Part shown: one piece after another, positions 1 through 12,211 of the stretch
Layout: each line of letters opens with the position of its first letter
Numbering within the stretch: position 1 is the stretch's first letter
Assembly (NCBI GenBank): GCA_002633005.1
Contig: NMRA01000110.1
Span: forward strand, 684,448 to 748,447
Reading direction: 5' to 3'
Origin: Phoronis australis
Lineage: Eukaryota; Animalia; Phoronida
DNA length: 64,000 nucleotides
The notes under the pieces: model-generated
Seen by the model: only the letters and a program-made list of their open reading frames with translations
The model's database searches: none
Told to the model about the DNA's origin: nothing
Position numbers and translations under genes: made by a program

Positions 1-282
1 CACAGACGGAATGACATCCTTCTTCAGGCGTTGTTTTGCAGGGACCTTCATCAGTTCAGCGTACAAATCCCTTTCGTAATCGGACGGCAGAAAGTGTTTG
101 ACACACACAGAGTAATTCTCGACTGCTTTGTACGTTGCGTGGACGGGTAACGCTGCGTTCTTCACACGAACGTGCCAAGTACAACGAAGTGTGTCGTCCA
201 TTGGAAAGCGATGCAAAGTTACTCCCAAAGCGCCCGCGAGACGATAATTAGTACATCCCGGTATGTAGCAACAGTGTGGCAT
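1..282 (-). CDS. THAP (C2CH zinc-finger) domain ORF, 5' part; probably the N-terminus of a Kolobok-type transposase or associated protein (continues off the left edge)
   Basis: Manual translation from ATG at 282: MPHCCYIPGCTNYRLAGALGVTLHRFPMDDTLRCTWHVRVKNAALPVHATYKAVENYSVCVKHFLPSDYERDLYAELMKVPAKQRLKKDVIPSV. It has the THAP signature C-x4-C...HRFP...W...CxxHF and a C-terminal AVPTIF-like box (VIPSV). Missed by the ORF track because there is no stop inside the window. Confidence 0.9.
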   Translation of the reverse strand, partial: MPHCCYIPGCTNYRLAGALGVTLHRFPMDDTLRCTWHVRVKNAALPVHATYKAVENYSVCVKHFLPSDYERDLYAELMKVPAKQRLKKDVIPSV

Positions 283-547
283 GTTGACGTACTAGTAAAT
301 GAAAGGAAACGACGACGGAACTTAACACAACCGAGGTAGAACAATGACTGACTCAGCAGCTCTCACAGTCAGACTATATGAAAAGAAATTGGCGCGAAAT
401 GCTTGCCTCCTAAAACGTCACTTCCCGAGTAGCGGACGAGTAATTAACAAAATTACGAAAAGCTGTAATTAAGTGGAAACTATGTCTAGGATAACCAACC
501 AACCTTATTTTAGCTCAAAATGACATGATAAAAGGTTGCCTTCACCT
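1..547 (-). mobile_element. Kolobok-like DNA transposon, 5' end, inserted at TTAA in a NUDIX intron
   Basis: On the minus strand the element begins TTAA|AGGTGAAGGCAACC (TTAA at 548-551). The duplicated copy of this intron segment lacks it at the homologous TTAA (1392-1395). A TTAA target, an RR terminus and a THAP ORF match the Kolobok superfamily. The other end is outside the window. Confidence 0.7.
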
Positions 548-2158
548 TTAAAGAGTGATTTCCCAAAGTTTCAGTAGACCCAAAAGTGATTACAAGGTAA
601 CCAAAGCTCAATAATGTTCAAATATTCCTCAGAGATTGTGAGAGACCCTTGTGATGCATGCTTAAAAACATCCCGGTTTCATAAGATAGGCTAACTATTA
701 CCGTGTTACACACAGCTGTTACAAAATAACTACTTTTCTTATTAGCATGCTCAATGCAATACATGTGAAGTGGCCATTTTAAGGTATGTTTAATTTCATC
801 AGTTTTTAACCCAGGAACGTGACCAGTAGCTAAAGCTGTTAGTTATGATATGCCCCATAAACCATCAAGTTTCAGCCTTCCACGGCCGTTCAACATTCAG
901 ATCATTCCACTCTATCCGTACCAAATTATCGTAATGTCCCGGCCACATCTGCTTCGTACTGGATCTCTGCGCGATCCAGACCTTTGTCTCTCCCTTGGAG
1001 TCTACCACATAGCCATTGATGTGGACACCGAACTGCTTGACACCGAGTAGGCCTGATGGAAAATATTTAAAATCTTCAATTAAAAATCAAAGAAGACCAT
1101 GAACCGTAAAACACTTTGCATCAACTTTGATGCCCATCTGTTCGTTTCATCAAGTGTTTTACTTCTGAATGATCAAAACTGTGCACAGCAGTCTTATGTA
1201 GACTAATAACTCTTCTTTGTTTTTTTTTCTTTTTCTGGTACAAGTTTGAAGATAAGCACGCTGCAATGGAGACTTTCCATGTCCAGTCCAGCCAGTTCAG
1301 GTGTACCAATGGGGNCACCATACCAACATCTTAGTTAAATTAAGGTCAAGGTCACAAATAAGGAAACACAACCAACAGTACTAGCATCATCTTAAAGAGT
1401 GATTTCCCAAAGTTTCAGTAGACCCAAAAGTGATTACATGGTGACCAAAGCTCAATAATGTTCAAATATTCCTCAGTGGTTGTGAAAGACCCTTGTGATG
1501 CATGGTTAAAAACATCCCGGTTTCATAAGATAGGCTTGCTATTACCGTGTTACACACAGCTGTTACAAAATAACCACCTTTCTTATTAGCATGCTCAATG
1601 CAATACATGTGAAGTGGCCATTTTAAGGTATGTTTAATTTCATCAGTTTTTAACCCAGGAACGTGACCAGTAGCTAAAGCTGTTAGTTATGATATGCCCC
1701 ATAAACCATCAAGTTCCAGCCTTCCACGGCCGTTCAACATTCAGATCTTTCCACTCTATCCGTACCAAATTATCGTAATGTCCCGGCCACATCTGCTTCG
1801 TACTGGATCTCTGCGCGATCCAGACCTTTGTCTCTCCCTTGGAGTCTACCACATAGCCATTGATGTGGACACCGAACTGCTTGACACCGAGTAGGCCTGA
1901 TGGAAAATATTTAAAATCTTCAATTAAAAATCAAAGAAGACCATGAACCGTAAAACACTTTGCATCAACTTTGATGCCCATCTGTTCGTTTCATCAAGTG
2001 TTTTACTTCTGAATGATCAAAACTGTGCACAGCAGTCTTATGTAGACTAATAACTCTTCTTTGTTTTTTTTTCTTTTTCTGGTACAAGTTTGAAGATAAG
2101 CACGCTGCAATGGAGACTTTCCATGTCCAGTCCAGCCAGTTCAGGTGTACCAATGGGG
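548..2158. repeat. Direct duplication with 844-bp offset across a single-N join (probable uncollapsed haplotypes)
   Basis: 548-1314 matches 1392-2158 with a few SNPs. N at 1315. Each copy contains the same NUDIX exon. Confidence 0.85.
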
Positions 2159-5129
2159 ATTTTCGATCTCCAGCCCGGACATTGCAGAAGTGCCAATGTC
2201 TTTTTATCATTGGTCACACAAATTTGATAGTTTTTGGCATTGCGCTTTCCTGGTGGTTCTGTTGCCAACAATTACCTAGAAGCACTTGATCAGAGTGCCA
2301 CACACTGATACATTAACACTTTAAAACTATAACTGTCACCAAGTCTCAAACAAGATAAAGAAGCCTACAAAATGAAATTCTTGAAAACAAAATACAGTCT
2401 CGTACAAAACAGAGCCATGTTCGTTTGCCTATACTTACAGGCTCCAGATCTCTCAACCTCCATCAGAGGTGACTGACCATAGTCTTCAAGAACGGCATAA
2501 GGCTGTAAGGCAACCAGTACAACACCCGATGAGAAATCATTTTAGAAAACGTCAAAAAAATGTGAAAGAAATCTATATGAAGCAAATATCTTGCATGCTT
2601 TCTTGACGACCGGCCATGAACTACCATTGAAGAAACACATCAATACATAATCATAACTTTGAATCAGTGTGGAATGATTACACTATAAATCACCAAGGTA
2701 TGACACTTACACATGGTTTTTAATTACCACACAAATGTTTACGTTTGTTACTTTGTATTTGTATTTCGTCAAAATAAATGACCTTATATTGCCAACCTCA
2801 ATCTCCTTTTCATCTCCAGTAATGGAATTGTGATGCACATATTTTACTTGGGATATATGTTGAGCATGAACAAGTTTTTTAGTTACAGCAAGTGACGGAA
2901 AATTTTATATAAAGTATTTGTCTTGTACAATTCAGGAATCGAACTGTGTCTGTAATATTCCCACGTTAAGCAGACTTCCTCTGTTACAAGCATTACCTCA
3001 CACCGCAACAAAAAGTCAAGTGAAAACATTATTGACTTGTAGCGAGACTGATCTATACCTCCTCTCGCCATCCTTTCAATGTGCTCAACACATTCTGGGA
3101 ACGCAAGTCCCTCATCACCTTGTCCACAGCTTTTGTGCGATCTTCAAATGACTGCAGTGATGAAGAGAGGTGAATTTCATATGGCTTCTCTGTATCTGAA
3201 GTTAGGTTAAGAGATTCTACTGTGTACCATAGGTAAAATACGTGAGAATGTTTATATCTTTGGTAATTAACAACATGGTCGAACAAGACAAATACTCAAC
3301 GAAATGTGTACTACAGGGGGCGCCACTTCAATTTTAATTTGCACGCAGTTCACGAATGTTACTTGCAAAATCAGAAAAATACGAACAATTACCAACTTGA
3401 CGTCAGTTACAACGTTACATCTCACCTTGAACATTTACATAAAATAAAATCATGATATTGATACTGTTCTTTTGCTACCAATGTACCTTGCTTTTTTGCT
3501 CAATTTTACTAAAAAGACATGATCATGTGACCCAATATGCAGAAGATTGGTCAAAGTAAAAACTGAAATTCTAAACGGCATTCTATTTTCATACTTTTAC
3601 TCTGACAGATAAAAACCTACGTTTTTACATAAATGACAAAATACCCGCACTAATCATTAAGGTTGTGGCAATCCAAAGCCACAACCGCAGGAGAATAAGC
3701 TGACTTGAACAAATACAAAACCCCAAGACCAGCAAACCATAACAAGAGGTTCTTATATAAATGTGCAGGTAGGCGTTGGCCTACCTGAATAGATGAGTCC
3801 AAACACAAGGACCAGGCAAAGAGGGGGAGAGTAGTCTCACATAAAGGTAACCCTAATCAATTCATAAAACTGACATACCAGTCTCCATGACTGCATGGAA
3901 CACATCGCTGTAGTCTCACATAAAGGTAACCCTAATCAATTCATAAAACTGACATACCAGTCTCCATGACTGCATGGAACACATCGCTGTACTGTTTAAG
4001 ACGTTCCCACACATCAGGTCGGATCAAGCCCACCTTTCTGCCTCCCACAAAGAAAGGTGTACACACAGCTTGGCTAGACCCTGCACAATGTGAACAATAG
4101 TTTAGATTTGAGAAAATACTCATTATACTGTGAAGCAGTTACAGTACTCAGATTTTAAACACTACAAGGAATGACTTCTGAACTTCCACAGCCTCAAAAG
4201 TGTTTTGACACTTGCAGACTGTTTCAGCGACTATTATCTAGAAGTAAAACATGCATGAGAAGTCATTACATGTAGACATGTTATCAGCAATGATCTGAAA
4301 CCTTGAGTTTACACGTTCATGCATAATAGATTGGAGCTTGCTTTTTCAGCAGGTCAAAGCAATGAGTCGTGAGTATGACTCTACCAAATTATAATTTCCC
4401 CATCTTATGCACCCTCATACAATTTGCAAGTTGATTTATTCTAACATATTCAATTTTATAACTGAATGTATATATCATGGATTGACCACAACCATTAAAA
4501 AGCAGCGCAGTGTGTTGATATGCAGCCACCTCCTTCACCATCACTACTAGTGTCTAGTATTTTATATACAAAAGGGCACAAGGCTGGTGAACTTAAAATT
4601 TTCTTTTGGGGGTGCAAATCAAGTCAGCAATTCTTTCTTCAATAGCAAAACACATGCCACATGATTCTTCACATAGTTTGGACTTTTTAATAGAAAACTA
4701 CTAGTCAAATTTCATGTTAATGCGAAAAAAAAAATTAAGGATGCAAAAGAAAATGACTAAAAATAAAATTGCCACTAGGAAGCACACCCGATGCCTATCT
4801 GCCAAATGTCATGAAAACCTATTAAGGAACTCGGAAGATATGGAGGCGAATGCAAATAAAACTAAAATTTCCACTAGGGGGCATGTTGGTAGTTGAAAAA
4901 TAATACTTGGAGTCCATCAGTGACAGGAACACAGCTGAAAATTTTCATGAACAGCATCCATCCAAGGATTTTGTACATACAGCAGCAGACGTCAGACACC
5001 AGACTGACACCGAATGGACAGAGATGGTGCTTTACCTGGTAGACTGAAGGAGTTGCACTTATTGTGTGCAAGGTGAAGTAATCTTTGTGAACGACTCGAA
5101 AGCTGCATCTTGTCAGAGTACGGGGGCAT
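922..5129 (-). CDS. NUDIX hydrolase, YJR142W/TNR3/NUDT20-like (DUF4743 + NUDIX); 3' exons lie beyond the left edge
   Basis: Phase-compatible GT-AG exons: 5129-5036, 4080-3958, 3195-3059, 2502-2439 and 1896-1766 (duplicate at 1052-922). Protein: MPPYSDKMQLSSRSQRLLHLAHNKCNSFSLPGSSQAVCTPFFVGGRKVGLIRPDVWERLKQYSDVF...DRTKAVDKVMRDLRSQNVLSTLKGWREEPYAV...PLMEVERSGACLLGVKQFGVHINGYVVDSKGETKVWIAQRSSTKQMWPGHYDNL. GWRxE, ERS, GVHxNGY and WIxxRSxxKxxxPGxxDN are typical of this family. Confidence 0.9.
3831..3991. repeat. 79-bp tandem duplication covering the 3' end and donor site of a NUDIX exon
   Basis: gtagtctcacataaagg...gaacacatcgct starts at both 3831 and 3910. Confidence 0.9.
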
Positions 5130-7114
5130 TCTGTCTACTGCCAGCTGACAAGTAATTGTGCGTAGCTGTAGCTATAGACTGTGAGCAGGAGTTGGTTGGA
5201 GTGGTGTAACAGATGTTGTTCACAGCGACTGAAAGTGACAACTGAGCACTACTACAGAGTTCACATGTTAAAGGTCAACAAATGTGAAACGTTATCATTT
5301 TTGGGGCAATGTGATGCTTCAAAAATAACCGTGAATGTTTTTTACAATAAAATCAGATACAACCAACAGAAACACAAAATTATGTAGAAATAACATTTTA
5401 GTTCAGTTAGGCTAGGTTGGTTTGTAGCGATGAGCTAATGAACTCTAGCGAAAAATTCCACACCTCAGCGTGATGCTGCGTCCACTTTCAAAACAGAAAA
5501 TTGGGCAAAAGTAAGATGTGTGCAAAATCAAAGACACCAGCGTGCTGACAAGTCATGACAATGTAACTTGTAGAGCCTGGTCTCAAGCAATAACGGACTC
5601 CCATTTCTTTAAAAAACAAAAACCACCTGGTTTAATTACAGAAAAAACTGAAGCCAATTTTATAACAGTAAGTGGTCTAAATCAATTGGCCAACACTTGA
5701 AGCTTGTACTGTCTGGAAAAGCATGCGGTTTGTACACTAATGGAAATGATCATAATCATTAAGGGCCCCTGCACTCAAATATGGTAACCTTCACCTTGTC
5801 TAGCTCAACACAGATGACGTATTGCTTATTAGCTAGTTAGAAAACTGTGCATGACTGAACAGACTAACGCCCTAAGGGCAGTATTTTCAATTGAATTAAT
5901 GAAAGAAGATCGCAGTGGTTTTTAATGGCACTAACAGTAACATGACTTTGTTTTATTAACTTTTTACCGAGACTGTTCCAAAGACAAGTTGTACCTGAAC
6001 TCCCTTCCCCACGGGCCATGCACCAGCGAATCATTCAAAAATGTTGACTGTGGCTGTTTGGGAGCGGAATGTTACTGATTTGGCTGACTACTGGGTGATT
6101 TTCCACTCAACAAAAACTTACCACTTTCAGTAAAATTGAACATATGAGGCTCACAACACGATACGATCTTGGTTCAACTTTTGCGGAAGCCATGTCCTGT
6201 GGAGGCTGCCATCTTGAAATTAGAACAGCAGCATACAGATTCTGAGAGTGTGATTGGCTGAAATATTTTACATGTACCGCTAGCGCTACCTGGTAGGATA
6301 TCATGCGATCAATGGCAACAACAGCAGTACGAACAATTCTTTCTTTCACAAAGATATCGAAGCAGTGTGTCGAAATATTGCCTCGTATCCAGTCTCCATT
6401 ATCATTAGACTTCGATGAACAACTCGAAACAAGGCTATTTTGTTGTAACCGCTATACACTGTCATGGGCGGCGCACCAAATCGAGCTTAGTAGGCCTACT
6501 GGCAAAAATATTTCCCGGGCTGGCACTTAGGGCCTTGAGGCATAAAAACTGCCGAAAGTTTGATTTAGATCGAATCATTGAGTAAAATACGCTCAGTGTC
6601 ACTATACTGAAACTAGTGGTCTTAAATTGAAAAAATCGCCAGGGAAACGAAATTAGCTACTAAAAACCACAAAAAATATTACACGCGGGTTACCCTCCTC
6701 CGGCAGGAGGGTAAGTACCCTCTCCCGACCTTCCTTCCCCTCGGCGCTACGCACCTCGGATTCANNNNNNNNNNNNNNNNNNNNNNNNNNNNNNNNNNNN
6801 NNNNNNNNNNNNNNNNNNNNNNNNNNNNNNNNNNNNNNNNNNNNNNNNNNNNNNNNNNNNNNNNNNNNNNNNNNNNNNNNNNNNNNNNNNNNNNNNNNNN
6901 NNNNNNNNNNNNNNNNNNNNNNNNNNNNNNNNNNNNNNNNNNNNNNNNNNNNNNNNNNNNNNNNNNNNNNNNNNNNNNNNNNNNNNNNNNNNNNNNNNNN
7001 NNNNNNNNNNNNNNNNNNNCCTCCGCCACCCCCCAGCGCCCTCGCCCCCATGCTCACCTCTCGATGCCACCATATTTGTACTGAATCTCGCACGTCCGCC
7101 CTAGGTGGGAGGCA

Positions 7115-7270
7115 CAGTGGCGGATTTACAGGGGTGGAAAAGGGGCCATGCCCCGGCCCTAAAATTCTTCAAGATTCCATTTGGCAGTTTGGGGGTACGA
7201 ATTTCGGGCTAAGACCCTGGCTAATACTCTGCCCTGGCTGCCTCCCAACTCAAAATCAGATCTGCCCCTG
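7115..7270 (+). mobile_element. MITE of about 160 bp (CAGTGGCGGAT...ATCTGCCCCTG family)
   Basis: Imperfect TIRs. The internal sequence gattccatttggcagtt...ctggctaatactctgccct recurs at 21587-21751 (reverse) and 48232-48356. Confidence 0.7.
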
Positions 7271-10200
7271 TTACAATCCCGGGGATGAAACCATCAAGAG
7301 TTGAGTAACCGTGAACCAACACGGAGAGTAATGAGCCTAGGACCAGTAACTCTGACCGGTGGTGAGGAGATGGCTCAAGGAGCTATAGCTGAGATTTAAC
7401 AGTGTGAAAATACGAAATTTCCGATGAACTCAAAGCTAGTTGCTGGTCAGTTCAGCTGTGATTCACTTGAGACAGACAGCTCCTACCGGTCGTCTGCGCC
7501 CGTTCTAAGGTCAAGATTCATTTGTTGTGATCCAGTTAACTTTATTTTATTATGTTCATCCTTTGAAGGAGTTTTTTTGAAAAGGTGAAGTCCTGAAGTC
7601 CCTGGTATAGTGCCTTTGGAGTTAATTGTTTCAAAATGCCTAGTTGAAACACAACCGGTTGTCCAGTTTCTGGTGGCGGGGGAAAAGAATAGTGTGGCCC
7701 AAAAATGTACACACTTCCTGAACGCCTGGAGTTCACATTCAATTCCCGTGGATCACTGAGATCTGCGCGGGCCTACTGCATGGTTACATCTTATTTTTCA
7801 CGTGGGTACGTCAGTCATGAAGTGCACACGAATCAGGACAAGCAATCAATTCAGCTTTGAATAACAAAAATTCATTGCTCAATACTAGTGCTAACTAACA
7901 AGGAAGTGCAAGAAAGACAACCTTTCCAAGCAATGAGTTTATTTTATGCATTTAAGAATTTTTAAAACTTTTTTTTTATCTATGGTTTGTGAGTACGAAT
8001 TTCATCAATGTCTTTGAGAGTTATTTTAGATATGCAAAAATTGTCTAGGCCTATAAGTGTACTTTACTATTTGGGGATCGGATTATAGAGTTTTTCCAAC
8101 CTTAGGCTGCAATTAAATTCACTGACGCATCGTCAATTCTTACAAGATTAGCTTCTAATTGTCAAAAATCATCCATAAATCTATCGATTTTCTTAGATAC
8201 ATGAACAAGTAAATCAGAGACCAACGAATTTGTTTATCAAAACGGAATGTTGTAAGCAATTTCAGGGGGAATATGGGAGATGCCGGGGGCATTCGTCGGT
8301 ATTAAGGTGTATTTTGATAATTTCAGAGGCACTTATAACGGTTCACGAGGTAAACTTGAACTCCACTGACAGAAAAACCGCTGAAATCTTTGTTGATGAT
8401 TGCTAGAGTTCTTTGAGTACCCTCTTTGAACATGTTCACGGTCAGCACAAATAGTAGGCTAGACAGCAGCATTTTCCACACGCGGGAACTCCTTACAAAA
8501 ATCTCATAGTAACCAGAGATACCATCATTCTTGTGATACTATGGGAAATAGTTACATTATTTTATAAATAACCATCAGAAATAGTCCTTTTGTGTAATTC
8601 ACAAATAGTGGTCTTCACGTTCTTCAAAATTCCACTTTTTCGATGGCGGCAATCCTATTTTTTCACATTTTTGGTTGTTTGGGCCGAATGGCTGTGCTGC
8701 GCTCGACTGTTTTGTGTTTTTTGGTTAATTTGGAATCTCACTTTCCACGGTGAATACTTGGCAGTGTCGGATTTACATGCAAAGAGAGACATTTCCCCCG
8801 AACTGCTCCACCGAGAGAGGGTACCGTCTGAAATGGGACATTAAAGGAGTGACCTCCTTCAACATGAAAGCCGGTTGCACGATTACACAAAAAATGGAAA
8901 ATAGAGGTAATCGATTCCAACATTGGGCCCTCTCTCCGTGAGTGGCCCCTTAGGAATTTGTCAATAAAAACACAAAAGGGTGACCATTTGAATGTCATCA
9001 ATGGCGTCCTTCAAGTGAGGGCGGAGCGTCTAAATATTTAAATATCTATATTTTCAAATATCGAGAAATGCGCAGAAATTGATGTTATCTGTCAGGTCAT
9101 CAATTTTTTCACAATATACCTCTTCGAGAAAAAATAAGCGAAAGTTGTCCCCGTTATCCCTTGCTAGAGAGGGGCATCTGGAAAAATATAGTTTTGTATT
9201 CGCGAAACGGACTTCTTGTAAAAATCCAGGTAGTTCGCTTTACAAGTTTTCTCGATTTTTCGAAATATATGTGTGATTGACTTCGTGCACGTTTTCAAGT
9301 GCGTTTAGACGACAGGCAAAAGCGGAGACCCTAAATACAATGTCCTGGCCAAGGTCCTCAAGCGGTAAACCATACACTGATGCAGAGTTGTTAAATGTTT
9401 TCTTGATTTTTCTCTCTTATCCGGATTTCGCAGTCTTTCTTTTCTGGACTGTCCCCGGCCCCACGCCTATGTCGGTTGCCACGGTTTAACCCTGGCGCCT
9501 GAAAATTTGTGGGGCAGCCCCCCCCCTCGCTCCCCCCCGCTTCCTACGGGCCCTGCAACATAGCTGATATCTGGAGAACAACATTCTTTCTTTCACGCCT
9601 ACCATACAGAGCAGCCTCGGACTGGATGCAGGCCCGGTATGTATGGTCACACTAGCAACTGTTCTCGCTCCAGTCCATATTCCAAACATGAAGGTCTACT
9701 GGAGAACAATCATCTAATTGGACACAATTCTAATGATTGCTATGCAGTTTTCAAGTAGATCAAAATACTTAAGTTTTCCACCGTGACCAACGATTTACAC
9801 TCGATATTTCATCAAGTGGTCGACTCGGGCGCTTTTCAGACTAACCTGGCGTGCCCAAGTCCTGACACAATAATGATGTAGCGTGCTTGTGGACAAATAA
9901 TACGTAAATGCTGGTCGGTGGCACAGTTTTAGTTTATATTTGATGCTGGTTCTAATAATTAAAAATGACACACGCCGAGTGCATTAACGACGATAAACCA
10001 GGCTGCTAGTTATGCAGACCTACGCTAATTCAAAGAAAACACTGGCTAGAAGTTGAGAAGAGTCGTGCATTCACAGAGATTAATACTCAGTTTTCAAATA
10101 TCACATGCGATAACGACTGGGACCAGAGTGGGCGATTACTTCAGGCGTTCATGCACTAGGCCCATAGCATGTATACACATTCATTCATTTCCGACTCCTT

Positions 10201-12211
10201 GATATTTATTTGCTTAATTGAAGGGGTTTATTTATTGAACGGTACTACAATGAGTATCACTTGATGAGCCTCTTATGATAGGCAATAATATCAATCAATC
10301 AACACATTTTGGTACAATAAATCTGTTTTAATCGCATCTTTTAGCAAAACATATACTACAAAATGAACATACACATGCAGTTCACAACGACTCATGATTT
10401 TATTCCAATCAACACACAAGTAAATCAACAATAAACAACAGTGTATAATGTAAAGCAACATACACTTGGCACTAGCAGCAAACAAATCACTGCAATATGT
10501 TCAGCCCTCAGTGCTTCCACCATACGGCAAACACTGTCATCACAAGTATGTCCAGCCAATCATGTTTCTCCTTTTCTGCTGGCCCCACTCATTCACTGCC
10601 CATCTACACAAGTTAAACAGTGTTTTAGAATGCATAGATTTTGTAAGTGGTTAGATTGATAATTTTAAATCATTTTCAAAACACTGACAAGTGTCCCAAG
10701 TTTCAAAAAAATCTTCACTCTTGCCAGGTCTACCTCCATGGTGCCAAAAGACACAATGATGGCCTGTTAGACTAAGATGACCTACCAAAACTAACCTTTA
10801 GTGACCAGGGCCTACCAGGTGAACCATGGAGACACTTGCCTCACCTACCAGATATGCCACAGCAAATACAAATATAAAATATATAGTAAGAAACAAAAAG
10901 CCTTTCTGTACATAAACAACTACCGGGGTAAATAAATCAATTTAAAATAAAAGTTCAAAATAAAAAATAAATTATTTAATATGATGTTTAATACGTAACC
11001 AACTGTAATTTCACGATACTTGAAAGTTATGTAAAACCTTATTGACAAATCTGTGCACCTACTGTAGCCAAATACATACAAAACAGTGCATTAAGCCAAA
11101 TACATACAAAACTGTACATTTTGAACTCAGTCATAAGCGCATACTTCTGGAATAAGAACGCCGAAAGAATTTGATTTTTACTTTCTATCAGTCTCCCAAA
11201 TTGGGTCACGACCATGTTTTTTGGAAACATTAAGCAAAAAATAAAGGTACTGGCATTGATAATAAAACAATATCAACAAAACGGTCCAAAGATTATTTGA
11301 TTTGTTCAAGATGAGATGTCAAAAATTCTGCAACAGTTCAGTATGTCAGTAAATGTAATTTTGTTTTTGGCGTGATCCAACTTGAGTTTTTGAGAAAACA
11401 AAATTCCTATCCATAGCCTCTCATACATAAGTGGAGAAATTCTCATAAAATTTTTGGAGAAAAGTGCATAAACCATAGTATCTGAAAATTTCATCAACCC
11501 AAGAATTCCCAGAACTAATGTTCCGAAGTTAGATAAATTTGGAAATTTTGCTAGGGTCCCAAATTGTAGGTAGTACTTTAACACATGTATCACTTACAAG
11601 GTAATCAGCACACATGTAAGATTAATATTGACAATCTGCAACACACATTGATCATTATTAGATTCTCAATTTACAAAGCCATCTACACTCACAGCAAAAA
11701 ATGAGCCTTTCAGTCAGTGATGCAGCCATAAAACTAATAGTGAGAGATCCTGGACATCAAAAAACCAACAATACCATGAAGGAATTTTGAATTTATACTG
11801 GACTTATTTGAGAATCATAATGAGTAATGTTTTTGTCAGCCACTGGCTGATCAACTGAAGCCAGTGCGACATCTATTGGAGGTTACTGGGAATGAGACAC
11901 ATGGCACAACCAATTATTCTCAACGGTAAATCCAGAATAGATTCATAATTTTCTCCGTATTCTTCATTACAGGATGACTAATAAATAATTTCCTCAGCAC
12001 AGCCTCAATACTGTTATTAAGGACTGTAACAAGACATGCTGTTTTCGAAAAAGTAAAAAATAACATAAAACTTGTTAAAAATTCAAACAAAAAAAATTGT
12101 AAAAAGAAGAGCATTCCTAAAATTAAAGTGAATCGATACTTGAACTCCCTGAACAACCCCCCCCTCGACTATACCAGTGGCTGTTTCCAATCTACGACCC
12201 ACGCTGTGACG

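Noticed and set aside
922-1896. Tandem identical NUDIX exons as mutually exclusive exons
   Set aside because: The copies are identical in the exon, nearly identical in the introns and separated by a single N. This pattern recurs at 45381 and 54203, so uncollapsed haplotypes or overlap is the simpler explanation.
850-2271. Short ORFs 850-1050, 1694-1894, 1121-1321, 1965-2210, 2047-2271
   Set aside because: Antisense to, or intronic within, the NUDIX gene, with no recognisable motifs.
6653-7093. Long ORFs over the first gap
   Set aside because: Composed almost entirely of N.
10255-10295. Hammerhead ribozyme-like core (ttgatgagcct...aggcaata)
   Set aside because: Both the CUGAUGA and GAAA boxes are mutated and stems I and III are not evident. 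Other CTGAnGA hits lacked a stem II plus GAAA.
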